Assembly (NCBI GenBank): GCA_040901985.1
Contig: JBBDYC010000010.1
Coordinates: forward strand, 1 to 47,070
Length of the DNA: 47,070 nt
Source of the DNA: Gemmatimonadaceae bacterium
Lineage (GTDB): Bacteria; Gemmatimonadota; Gemmatimonadetes; Gemmatimonadales; Gemmatimonadaceae
Reading direction: 5' to 3'
Within the stretch, counting starts at the first letter, position 1; each line of letters begins with the position of its first letter. The notes under the pieces were generated by a model. That model was not told the DNA's origin. It made no database searches and saw only the letters and a program-made list of their open reading frames with translations. This document shows, in pieces, positions 9,486 to 18,345 of the stretch. Both the position numbers and the translations under genes were made by a program.

Positions 9486-11299
9486 GGTACATCCGGTGGA
9501 AGGCGCTGCTGCCGCTGAGCGTGACCCTGGTGGTGATCGCGACCGTGATGATCGTCGTCAAGGACCGCGCGGTGCGCTGGTCGGTCGAAGCCGGTGGCAC
9601 TGCCGCAGTCGGCGCCAAGGTGGACCTCGACGACGCGCACCTCGCGCTCGCGGCCGGCCACGTCACGTTGCGCGGGCTCGCGGTCACGAACCCCAACTTC
9701 CCGATGCGCAATCTCTTTGAGGCGGAGGAGCTGGTCTTCGACGTGGACCTCCTCCCCGCGTTGGAGCGGAAGGTGGTCGTGGACACCGTGGCCGTGCGCG
9801 GCCTTCGCTTTGGCACGGCGCGGGCCGCTTCCGGTGCAATTCCGCACAAGGAGCCCGGTGCTGCGGCGACCAGCCAAGTCATCGCCGAGTGGAAGAGCCG
9901 CGTGAGGATACCGCCGCTCGAACTCAGCACGCTGACCCGAGCGGTGAATGTGGAGGGGATCGCCGCCGAGAGTCTTGCCACGCTGCGCGAGGCGTCCCAC
10001 GCGCGTGCCTATGCCGATACGGCCAAGGCCAAGCTCCTCGCCGACCTCGAAGCCGCCGACCCGCGGCCGACGCTCGACTCGGCGGAGGCCCTGGCAAACC
10101 GGCTGCGCAATGCGAACCTCGCGACGCTCGGGATCGCTGGTGCGCGCCGCGCCGTGTCGGATGTGCGGCGCACCATCGGCGAGCTCTCGCGGATTGACGA
10201 CCGGCTCCGGACCTTCGACGCCGAGGTACGCGGGAACGCGGCGGGACTGCAGGGCCGGCTCGACGCGATCGGCGCGGCGCGCACGGCAGACTATGCCTAC
10301 GCGCGCTCGCTCCTGCGCCTGCCGACGTTCGATATTCCCAGCATCGGTCCGCAACTCTTCAGTGACCTCGTCGCCGAGCAGTTCGCCGCCCTGCTCTACT
10401 GGGTGCAGATGGCCGAGCGGTATATGCCGCCGGGACTCCAGCGGCAGTTTCAGCGGGGCCCGGAGCGGGTGCGCGCGTCGGGCACCGACGTGCTGTTCCC
10501 GAGAGAGCGAGTCCATCCGACCTTCCTGCTTCGGCTCGCCGAGCTCTCCCTGTCGCTCGGCGGCGAAGGAGCGACAGCGGGGAACTATCGGGCGCGCCTG
10601 GTCGGCGTGACATCGCAGCCCGCCGTGTACGGTGCGCCGACGAGTTTCCTCGTCGAGCGCGCCGGGGGGCAGGTCGGGCCGCGTGACGCGCGCGTCGAGG
10701 GGATGCTGGACCATCGCACGGCGAATGTCCGCGACACGCTCAGTGCCCGCTTCAGTGGGATCGCGCTGCCGCAGTTCCCGCTCGCCGGACTCGGGGCGAC
10801 CGTCGTGATGGGGCAGGGCCTGTCGGACCTGCAATTGGACCGGCGCGGTGATTCCCTCACCGGCCGCTGGCTCTGGCGCGCTCCGAACGTCACTTGGGTG
10901 CGCGACAGCGCCGCCGCGCGCGCGACCACGCCGACGATGCGGCTGGTCGAGGACGCAATCTGGCGGGCGGTCAGTCGGCTCGACTCGGTGGAGATCGAGG
11001 CCCGTGTCGGCGGCAGCGTCAGGCATCCGGCGCTCGCGATCCGGACGAACATCGCCAGCGCCGTCGGGAACGCGCTCCGCGAACAGCTCGGTGAGGAGGT
11101 GCGGCGCGCCGAGCAACAGGTGCGCGCGCGCGTGGACGCGCTGGTGGCCGAACGGGTGGCCGAGGCGCGCACCTATGCCGATGGCGCGCGCGCCGACGTC
11201 ACTGCGCGCATCGCCGCCGAACGCGAACGCGTGGAGACGCAGAAGGCGGCCCTGGAGGCGCGATTGCGCGAGCTGGCCCGGATCCCCGGCGTCGGCTGA
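9482..11299 (+). CDS. TIGR03545-like membrane-anchored protein (AsmA-like N-terminus)
   Basis: GTG overlaps the upstream stop (GTGA); IRWKA plus TM anchor; GAKVDL...LAVTNP..PMRNLFE; helical insert; GTDVLFP; C-terminal coiled coil. Confidence 0.8.
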   Translation: MRYIRWKALLPLSVTLVVIATVMIVVKDRAVRWSVEAGGTAAVGAKVDLDDAHLALAAGHVTLRGLAVTNPNFPMRNLFEAEELVFDVDLLPALERKVVVDTVAVRGLRFGTARAASGAIPHKEPGAAATSQVIAEWKSRVRIPPLELSTLTRAVNVEGIAAESLATLREASHARAYADTAKAKLLADLEAADPRPTLDSAEALANRLRNANLATLGIAGARRAVSDVRRTIGELSRIDDRLRTFDAEVRGNAAGLQGRLDAIGAARTADYAYARSLLRLPTFDIPSIGPQLFSDLVAEQFAALLYWVQMAERYMPPGLQRQFQRGPERVRASGTDVLFPRERVHPTFLLRLAELSLSLGGEGATAGNYRARLVGVTSQPAVYGAPTSFLVERAGGQVGPRDARVEGMLDHRTANVRDTLSARFSGIALPQFPLAGLGATVVMGQGLSDLQLDRRGDSLTGRWLWRAPNVTWVRDSAAARATTPTMRLVEDAIWRAVSRLDSVEIEARVGGSVRHPALAIRTNIASAVGNALREQLGEEVRRAEQQVRARVDALVAERVAEARTYADGARADVTARIAAERERVETQKAALEARLRELARIPGVG

Positions 11300-11312
11300 G
11301 CGGCGCACCGTA

Positions 11313-12239
11313 ATGGGACTCGGCCGAACCCTCCTTCTTGCCGCCGCCAAGAGCCAGCGGCTGAACGACTTCGCGACCCGCAGCCGCGTCGTGCGCCGCG
11401 CCACGCGCGCGTTCATGCCCGGTGAACTGATGGAGGACGGGCTGGACGCCGGCGCGGCGATCGCCCGCGACGGCCGCGGTCTCCTCTTCACGCGGCTCGG
11501 CGAGGCGATTGCCGAAGCGCGCGACGCGGTCGAGGTGCGCGACCACTACCTCACGCTCTTCGGCGAGATCAAGGCGCGTGGGCTGGCGGCGCAGGTGAGC
11601 GTCAAGCCGACGCAGCTCGGTCTCGACCTCTCCGAGCGCGACTGCACGATGCACCTGATTGCGCTCGCCACCAAGGCGGAATCCACGGGGTCGGCGCTCT
11701 GGCTCGATATGGAGGATTCGGCGTACGTGGACCGGACCCTCGAGCTCTACACGACAATCAAGATGGGCCACGCGCGGGCGGGGATCGCGCTGCAGGCCTA
11801 CCTGCGCCGGACGCCGAAGGACGTCGAGCGGCTCCTTCCACTCAAGCCGGTGATCCGTCTGGTGAAGGGCGCCTACGCCGAGCCGGCGACCGTCGCCTAT
11901 CCGAGAAAGGCCGACACCGACGCCGCCTTCGAGGCGATTGCCGGAACGATGCTGGAGGCGGCGCGCCACGGGGACTGTCGTCCGATCCTCGGGACCCACG
12001 ACATGCCCCTGCTGCGCCGGATCATCAGCCGTGCCGGTGCGCTGGGCGTGGCCAAGGGCGACTACGAGGTCCATATGCTCTACGGCATCCGCGACCGCGA
12101 GCAGCGGGCGCTCCGCGCCGAGGGCGAGCGCGTCTGCACACTGATCAGCTACGGCGAGGCGTGGTACCGTTGGTATATGCGGCGGCTCGCCGAGCGGCCG
12201 GCGAATGTCTGGTTCCTGGCCCGCTCGCTCTTCGGATGA
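11313..12239 (+). CDS. Monofunctional proline dehydrogenase
   Basis: SVKPTQLGL, LDMEDS, IALQAYLRRT, IRLVKGAY, GTHD, MLYGIR, YMRRLAERPAN motifs. Confidence 0.92.
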   Translation: MGLGRTLLLAAAKSQRLNDFATRSRVVRRATRAFMPGELMEDGLDAGAAIARDGRGLLFTRLGEAIAEARDAVEVRDHYLTLFGEIKARGLAAQVSVKPTQLGLDLSERDCTMHLIALATKAESTGSALWLDMEDSAYVDRTLELYTTIKMGHARAGIALQAYLRRTPKDVERLLPLKPVIRLVKGAYAEPATVAYPRKADTDAAFEAIAGTMLEAARHGDCRPILGTHDMPLLRRIISRAGALGVAKGDYEVHMLYGIRDREQRALRAEGERVCTLISYGEAWYRWYMRRLAERPANVWFLARSLFG

Positions 12240-12273
12240 TCCCGCAAGTGCGCCAAGCGGAGCGTCGCTAGGG

Positions 12274-13230
12274 ATGGATCCGATCACGCACACGATGGCG
12301 GGCGCCGCGATGGGTCGCGCCGGCCTCGACCGCCGGACGCCGCTCGCCGGCGTCACGCTGATGCTGGCCGCCAACGCGCCCGACATCGACATTTTCTCGC
12401 TTTGGCTCGGCACGTACGCATCGCTTGCCTTTCGAAGGGGGTGGACGCACGGGCCGCTCGCGCTGGTCGTCCTTGCCGTCGCGCTGACCGGGCTCGTCCT
12501 CGGCTGGGACCGACTGGTGCGCCGCCGACGTGACCCCTCGCTCGCGCCGGTGGATGCGCGTTGGACGTTCATCCTCGCGACGGCCGGTGTCGTCAGCCAC
12601 CCGCTCCTCGACCTCCTCAACACGTACGGCATCCGGTTGCTGATGCCGTTCAGCGGCCGCTGGTTCTATGCCGACGCGGTGTTCATCATTGACCCGTGGA
12701 TCTGGCTGATGCTTGGCGCGGCGTTGATCCTCGCGCGGCGCGGAGCCGTGTTGCGGACGGTGCAGCGCGTGGCGGGCCTGGCCGTCGCGTACGTGCTCGT
12801 GCTGCTGGGCCTCAGCGCCGTCGGGGAGCGGATGGCACTCTCGGCGGCCGGTTCCCAAGGCATCGGCGACGTGCTCGAGGTGCTCTACCAGCCAAGCCCA
12901 ACCAACCCGTTTGCGGCGCAACTCATCGCGGTCACGGCCGATGGGTACCACGTCGGCGCGTTGTCGTGGCTCGCCGCCGACCGCATCCGATTCGAGGGCG
13001 AGGTGATCCGCCGCGGCGACTGGGCCGACCCGCGCATTGCGCGTGCCGTGGTGCACCCGGATGTGCGCAACTACCTGGTCTGGTCGCGCTATCCCTGGGC
13101 CAGAATTGAGACGACCGCCGCCGGTGTCCCGGCGACGGTCGTCTTCGGTGACGCGCGATTCCCGTCCGGCGGGATGTCGGGGGGACTCGGTGGGGTGCGC
13201 GTCAGTGACTCGCCACCACTCTCGCGTTGA
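12274..13230 (+). CDS. Membrane-bound metal-dependent hydrolase (YdjM-like)
   Basis: MDPITH, PDID, RGWTHG, SHPLLDLLNTYG and FIIDP motifs. Confidence 0.85.
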   Translation: MDPITHTMAGAAMGRAGLDRRTPLAGVTLMLAANAPDIDIFSLWLGTYASLAFRRGWTHGPLALVVLAVALTGLVLGWDRLVRRRRDPSLAPVDARWTFILATAGVVSHPLLDLLNTYGIRLLMPFSGRWFYADAVFIIDPWIWLMLGAALILARRGAVLRTVQRVAGLAVAYVLVLLGLSAVGERMALSAAGSQGIGDVLEVLYQPSPTNPFAAQLIAVTADGYHVGALSWLAADRIRFEGEVIRRGDWADPRIARAVVHPDVRNYLVWSRYPWARIETTAAGVPATVVFGDARFPSGGMSGGLGGVRVSDSPPLSR

Positions 13231-13882
13231 CGTAGGCCACGAGCGCGGTGAGCTCCTCAGGGTTGATCGCCAGTTTCGGCATCACGACATACTGGTTGAA
13301 CGGCACGCGGTTGACCGCCGGGTCGGCGATCTTCGTCGCCAGCCACTCGGCCTCGAACCGCCGACCGCCGAGATCCGGGCCCACGCGCACCGACTGCCGC
13401 TCGAGCAGCGCCGGGTCGTCGGACTTCGAGTGGCAAGTCACGCAGCCCTTGGCGACGTAGAGAGCTCGTCCGTGTGCCTCGGCGCTCAGGCGTGGGGCCG
13501 CGGCGCCCGACGCGACGACGGGAATGGGCAACAGCTCGCTCTCCGCCGTGTGGTAGTCGGCGTCAATGGTCAGCGTGACCGAACCCGTTTCCGTGGGGTT
13601 GATTGTCGCCCGGTACTCGCCCGGCCCCACGCCTGGCTCGGCCCGGACGCGCTCGCGTCCCGCCAGGATGCCAGCGCCGGTCCGCCGCACGGCGACGCTT
13701 GGCCGGCGTCCGCGCATCAGGTCCGTGCCGTGCTGGCGGATCGTGAAGGTGACCGAGGTCGGCACGCCGGCCACGAGGTGCGTCGGTACGTCGTGCACCG
13801 TGATCACGGCCCAACCGCCCGAGTGGGGCGCCGCGGCGACAAGCAGGGCCGCCGCCGTGAGGAATACGAGTCTCCTGGGCAT
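13202..13882 (-). CDS. Exported protein: beta-sandwich domain plus monohaem c-type cytochrome
   Basis: Signal peptide; beta-rich N-domain (GGWAVITV...RQHG); GRALYVAKGCVTCH haem motif, GPDL, distal Met in VMP. Confidence 0.85.
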   Translation of the reverse strand: MPRRLVFLTAAALLVAAAPHSGGWAVITVHDVPTHLVAGVPTSVTFTIRQHGTDLMRGRRPSVAVRRTGAGILAGRERVRAEPGVGPGEYRATINPTETGSVTLTIDADYHTAESELLPIPVVASGAAAPRLSAEAHGRALYVAKGCVTCHSKSDDPALLERQSVRVGPDLGGRRFEAEWLATKIADPAVNRVPFNQYVVMPKLAINPEELTALVAYVNARVVASH

Positions 13883-13903
13883 TCGACATCTCCCGCGTGA
13901 AGG

Positions 13904-14992
13904 TCACTCCATTGCCCACAGCCAGAGCCGCTGGCCGATCGTCGCCCAGAGCGGGGCTGCTTCCTCGCCCCACATCGGGCTGAGGTCACGGCGCCAGCGG
14001 TCGAGCATCCGACGGTCGAGGGCGAGAATTCCTTCCATCGTCACCTCGGCGGGGGGTGGTGCGAGCCGGGCGAGCGCCGCGACGACCTGCGCCCGCGACG
14101 CCCCGTCCACGCGCTGCGCGAGATGCCACAGCGTGATGCCGCTCTGCTGGCGCGCCACCAGCGCCGCGTCCGGCGTCGCCATCGCCGCGAGCACCACCTC
14201 AAGGTCGGCCTGATGGCCCGTGCCGCCGTCGAGCCGACGGAGCGCCGCTCGCGCGCCATCGGAGAGCTCCGCCACGTAGGGCGTTCCCGGCGCGCGGTCC
14301 TTCTCCACCTCGGCCGCCATTCCGGCCGGGACGAGGGCGCGGCGCCCACCCTGGTCGAGTTCGACCCAACCGGCGGTGACGTGCAGGCGACTGGCGCCGA
14401 GCGAGTCCACCTCAAGCGTGTAGGCGCACCCGAGGTCGGTGGCGAGCGCCGAAGGGGTTTCGACGAAGAAGAGGCGTGGCGGCGCGCCGATCACCGCGTG
14501 CAACGACCCCCGCTCGAGGACGAGCCGGTGGTCGGTCAGGCCTCCGCGCACGAGCCGAACGCGGCTCTCCGGGCCGATCTCGGCCAGCCCGATCCGTCCC
14601 ACCGTGAGCCGCGCGCTGGACGTGGCGTCGGTGACGAGCCACTCGCCGGCGCCAAGTGCGCCTTTGTCCACGAGGACGGCTCCGTCCACGTGGGGCGCGC
14701 CGCCGAGAGCGACGACCGCCCACTGTGCCGGCGCGGCGAACTGCCGGTAGGCGCCGGCGAGCGTCCCTACCGTCAGCGCGGCCACCGCCGCCGCGGCGAC
14801 CAGCCAGGGCGATCGCACCGGACGTCGCAGCACGCCGGTCCGCCGCGGAGTGGCGCCCGCGCCACGGACATCCGCCGGTGCGGCGAGTGCGCCCTGGATC
14901 CCGCGCCAGAGGTCCTCCGGCCGCGGGACCGGAGTCACGGGTAGGTCGCGCAAGAGATGCTTCAGGTCTTCGTGATCGCGGGAGTCAGGCAT
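13904..14992 (-). CDS. FecR-domain transmembrane anti-sigma factor
   Basis: LWRGIQ cytoplasmic helix, TM segment, FecR-like LVLERGSLHAVI...FFVETPSALATDLGCAY...LHVTAGWVEL; overlaps the sigma stop codon. Confidence 0.8.
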   Translation of the reverse strand: MPDSRDHEDLKHLLRDLPVTPVPRPEDLWRGIQGALAAPADVRGAGATPRRTGVLRRPVRSPWLVAAAAVAALTVGTLAGAYRQFAAPAQWAVVALGGAPHVDGAVLVDKGALGAGEWLVTDATSSARLTVGRIGLAEIGPESRVRLVRGGLTDHRLVLERGSLHAVIGAPPRLFFVETPSALATDLGCAYTLEVDSLGASRLHVTAGWVELDQGGRRALVPAGMAAEVEKDRAPGTPYVAELSDGARAALRRLDGGTGHQADLEVVLAAMATPDAALVARQQSGITLWHLAQRVDGASRAQVVAALARLAPPPAEVTMEGILALDRRMLDRWRRDLSPMWGEEAAPLWATIGQRLWLWAME

Positions 14993-15569
14993 GGTCGGCT
15001 CCACCGAAGGAGGCGCGGAGGGGATCGAGTTTGCGCTTGAGGATCGCGTGCGCACGATTGAGGCGCGATGCAACGGTGCCGCTGGTGACGCCGATCGCCT
15101 CGCCGATCTCGTCGTACGAGAGGTCGTCGAAATAGCGGAGGACCACCACGAGCCGAAGGCGCGGGGAGAGTCCCTGGAGCGCCGCGCTCACCCGGCCATC
15201 AGGAGCGGTCGGCTCGGGCTGCTCCACCTGCGGGTGATTGGCCGCGGGCACGTCGCCCAGCAGGACGAGCCGGCGTCGCCGTCGCAGCTCGTCCGCGCAG
15301 GCATTGGCCACCACCCGGTAGAGCCAGGTGGAGAGGCGTGCATCGGCGCGGAAGGTGTCGGCAGCGCGAAAGAGCTTCACAAAGACCTCCTGGGTCACGT
15401 CCTGGGCGGCGTCACCGTCGCCGCGCAGGTAATGCAGAGCAATCGAATAGATCCGGTCCCGGTGTCGGTCAAAGAGCGCACGCTGCGCGTGCGGATCGCC
15501 GCGACGACAGCCGTCGAGCAACTCCGTGTCGGGGTCGGGGGGCCGATCGGTCACGCGGGGGAGTCCCAT
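14985..15569 (-). CDS. ECF sigma-70 factor
   Basis: Region 2 AQDVTQEVFVKL...LSTWLYRVVAN; region 4 LSYDEIGEAIGVTSGTVASRLNRA; start ATG 15569 or GTG 15554. Confidence 0.92.
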   Translation of the reverse strand: MGLPRVTDRPPDPDTELLDGCRRGDPHAQRALFDRHRDRIYSIALHYLRGDGDAAQDVTQEVFVKLFRAADTFRADARLSTWLYRVVANACADELRRRRRLVLLGDVPAANHPQVEQPEPTAPDGRVSAALQGLSPRLRLVVVLRYFDDLSYDEIGEAIGVTSGTVASRLNRAHAILKRKLDPLRASFGGADHA

Positions 15570-15580
15570 TGCTGGAGGTG

Positions 15581-15607
15581 AGACGAATCTGGCGTCGGAT
15601 TCCTTCC
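15581..15607 (-). promoter_or_regulatory. Candidate ECF-type autoregulatory promoter
   Basis: Minus strand GGAAG-N17-CGTCT ending 11 nt upstream of the sigma ATG; resembles GGAAC-N16/17-CGTC ECF promoters. Confidence 0.35.
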
Positions 15608-15623
15608 GTAGCGACCTTTCGGG

Positions 15624-16229
15624 ATGGGCGAACGCCAGTACTCCGACGAGGAGGTCGCCGCGATCTTCGCGCGCGCGACCGAGACGCAGCACCCTGCACC
15701 GCGGGAGGGCACGTCGGGACAGGGGATGACGCTTGCCCAACTCCAGGAGATCGGTCGCGAGGTGGGGATTGCCCCGGACCTCGTGGCGCAGACAGTGGAA
15801 CTCGGACGGCGCTTGAGCGACGCCGAGTGGGATCGCTTCGTGGTGGACCTGCGCGACACGTTCGACGCGCGCGGCCGCGTGCGGAACGACGGGTCATTCC
15901 GCCAGTGGACCAATGGCAACCTGCAGGTGCTGCTCGAGCCGAGCGGCGAGGGTCACCGCGTCCGATTCAAGACGGTGAAGGCGGATGCCCGGCTCCTCAT
16001 CTTCTCTGGACTCGGGCTGATTGGCATCACGGCGTCGGTCCTCGTCCCGGCGATGCTGACCGGGGCAGTGCCGACGGGCGAGGCGGTGGGGCAGATGGCT
16101 CCCGTAGGCCTGATCGGCGTGGTCTTGATGGGCCTCGGCGCGCTGCGGCTGCCGGGGTGGGCCAAGCGCAGGCGCGAGCAGATGGCGGACTTGACCGCGC
16201 GTCTCCTCGCGCCACCGCCGTCGCCCTGA
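15624..16229 (+). CDS. Hypothetical membrane protein
   Basis: N-terminal YSDEEVAAIFARA...MTLAQLQEIGREVGI domain and two C-terminal TM helices. Confidence 0.75.
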   Translation: MGERQYSDEEVAAIFARATETQHPAPREGTSGQGMTLAQLQEIGREVGIAPDLVAQTVELGRRLSDAEWDRFVVDLRDTFDARGRVRNDGSFRQWTNGNLQVLLEPSGEGHRVRFKTVKADARLLIFSGLGLIGITASVLVPAMLTGAVPTGEAVGQMAPVGLIGVVLMGLGALRLPGWAKRRREQMADLTARLLAPPPSP

Positions 16230-16232
16230 CGT

Positions 16233-16273
16233 ACGATCCCCCGGCGCCGAGGAAGCCGGCGCCGGGGGGTCGT
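16233..16273. terminator. Long hairpin between convergent genes (bidirectional terminator candidate)
   Basis: ACGATCCCCCGGCGCCG-aggaagc-CGGCGCCGGGGGGTCGT, 17-bp stem. Confidence 0.7.
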
Positions 16274-16304
16274 CGTTCAGTCTCGCGGGGCCGACCCGCC
16301 CGGC

Positions 16305-18335
16305 TTACGACACGACGATGTTGATCAGGCCCTGCGTGGCCTGCTTGAGCATCTCGACCCTCGGTGCGTCGCACGACGTGGCCTTGTCGGCCTCAAGCTC
16401 GCCCACCAAGTCGGTGAGCCGCCGCGTGCGCATCGCACCCGACGCGAACTCGGCGTCGGTGAGTGAGCGCCGCACGGACGCGATGCGCGCCGCCGACAGG
16501 CATCCCTTGCGCTCGAGCTGGTCCACGTAGGCGCGGGCAAGCGAGAAGCTTGCCGGCCACTCGATCTTCGGCTGGCCCTGCGCGTTCAGTTGGGCCCACC
16601 GCACCGTCTTCGCCGCATCAATCTCGTTCTTCGTCAGGAACTCGCTCGGCACGAGCTCGGCGATGTCGAGCCCGCGGGCAATCTCCGAACTCACCATGCT
16701 GCCGTTGTACCAGTACACCGACCACGATCCGCCCATCTGCATCCGCGTCGAGTCCACCGGACCGCGGTCGAAGTAGGCGATCTCGAACGGATTCGCCGCA
16801 TCGGTCCAGTCAAATACCGAGATGCCGCCCTGGTACCAGGCCTGCACCATCACGTCACGGCCGGGAATCGGGACGAGCGAGCCGTTGTGGGCCACGCAGT
16901 TCTCCAGCGCGGTCTGCACGGTCGGGATCTTGTAGTAGCTCTGGAACCGGAGGCGGCGATTCTCGATCGTGAAGATCGCGTTGGCGCCCCACTCCGGCTT
17001 GTCGCCGGCGCGGCACTTCGGCGCGCCGCCGCCGCCCCACTCGTCCGAGAACAGGATCTTCGTCCCGTCGTTGTTGAACGTCGCCGAGTGCCAATAGGCA
17101 AAGTTCGAGTCGGCGACCGCGTCGAGCCGGACCGGATTCACCGGATCGCTGATGTCGAGCAGCAGGCCGTGACCCTCACAGGCGCCGCCGGCCAGCCCAA
17201 GCGCCGGATACACCGTGATGTCGTGGCACTGCGAGCCCGCCGAGACGGGGCCGCCCGGCTGCGGGGCGCTGCCGAAGAGATTGTTGATGATGCCCTGCAT
17301 CGCGTCACGGAGCGCCGTGCTGTCCGCCGCCGTGGGCGCGCCTTCGCCGCCGCGTGCCTTCATCACGCTGTCGAGCCGCGCGCGCACGAAATTCCCGCCA
17401 AGCACGATCTCCTGTCCCGAACTCGGGATCCGCGCAGTGAAGCCACCGGCGGCCCGCGCCGCAGCCGCCGCCCGCGCCGCCGCGTCAAGGTCCTCCTGCG
17501 CCGGCCCGTGGGCCGTCGGATGCGTCAACCCCCCGAAGATGTTCGCCCGGTTCACTACCGCCGCCGCCGCCGGATTCGCCAACGGCACCTTGATGATCTC
17601 AATCCGCAGGAGCGACGAATTCTCGTCCTGGTCAGGCGTCGCCCGCACACAGTCGGCGAGTTCTGTCGGCGACCGCACCGGCGCCGAGCCCGACACGTAG
17701 ATGTAGACGTGCTGGCGATCCTTCGGATCCTCGAGCACCGTGTGCGTGTGCGACCCGCGGCAGGTCTGGACGTTCGTGAGGAGCTTCGGGTTCCGGATGT
17801 CGGTGATGTCGAAGATGCGCACGCCGCGCATCCGGATGTTGCTCACGGAGTCCGGCACACCGCCCGGCATACAGTCCACGCGGCCGTTGAACGCCTCGGC
17901 CGACATGAAGAGCAGGTTGCCGTAGACCGAGACGTCGTTTTGCGAGGCGGGGCAGGTGTACGCCGTGACCAGCGTCGGGTGCGACGGGTCCGACACGTCC
18001 CAGATCACCGGGCCGTTGTAGTTGCCCTGAATCGCGTAGTTGCCGGTGAAGGCGAGGTCAGAGTTGGTGATGCCGAGAAACCCCTCGGGCGAGATCGCGC
18101 GAGCGGTCACGTTGAGGTTGTGGATCGCCTCCTCGGCATCCATCAGGCCAGCCCGAAGACCGACACGGCTGTCGTCGGCCCACGAGGCGGCCGGAGCCGG
18201 CTCGGGAGTTGGCGGCGCGGCGGGCGCGGTCGAGCCGGCGCAGGCCGTCGTGACGAGGAGCGTCGCGATCACGCCTAGGGGGCGGGCGAGCGACAGGAAC
18301 GATGCGCCACCAAGGCGCGGACGAACACGTGACAT
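16305..18335 (-). CDS. LVIVD-repeat beta-propeller lipoprotein
   Basis: RBS AGAGGA; lipobox TTAC; repeats VIWDVSDP, RIFDITDI, LLDISDP, VFDWTDA; Cys/His motifs CRGSHTHT, CHDITV, YWHSATF, NCVAHN. Confidence 0.85.
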   Translation of the reverse strand: MSRVRPRLGGASFLSLARPLGVIATLLVTTACAGSTAPAAPPTPEPAPAASWADDSRVGLRAGLMDAEEAIHNLNVTARAISPEGFLGITNSDLAFTGNYAIQGNYNGPVIWDVSDPSHPTLVTAYTCPASQNDVSVYGNLLFMSAEAFNGRVDCMPGGVPDSVSNIRMRGVRIFDITDIRNPKLLTNVQTCRGSHTHTVLEDPKDRQHVYIYVSGSAPVRSPTELADCVRATPDQDENSSLLRIEIIKVPLANPAAAAVVNRANIFGGLTHPTAHGPAQEDLDAAARAAAAARAAGGFTARIPSSGQEIVLGGNFVRARLDSVMKARGGEGAPTAADSTALRDAMQGIINNLFGSAPQPGGPVSAGSQCHDITVYPALGLAGGACEGHGLLLDISDPVNPVRLDAVADSNFAYWHSATFNNDGTKILFSDEWGGGGAPKCRAGDKPEWGANAIFTIENRRLRFQSYYKIPTVQTALENCVAHNGSLVPIPGRDVMVQAWYQGGISVFDWTDAANPFEIAYFDRGPVDSTRMQMGGSWSVYWYNGSMVSSEIARGLDIAELVPSEFLTKNEIDAAKTVRWAQLNAQGQPKIEWPASFSLARAYVDQLERKGCLSAARIASVRRSLTDAEFASGAMRTRRLTDLVGELEADKATSCDAPRVEMLKQATQGLINIVVS

Positions 18336-18345
18336 CAGCAATCCT

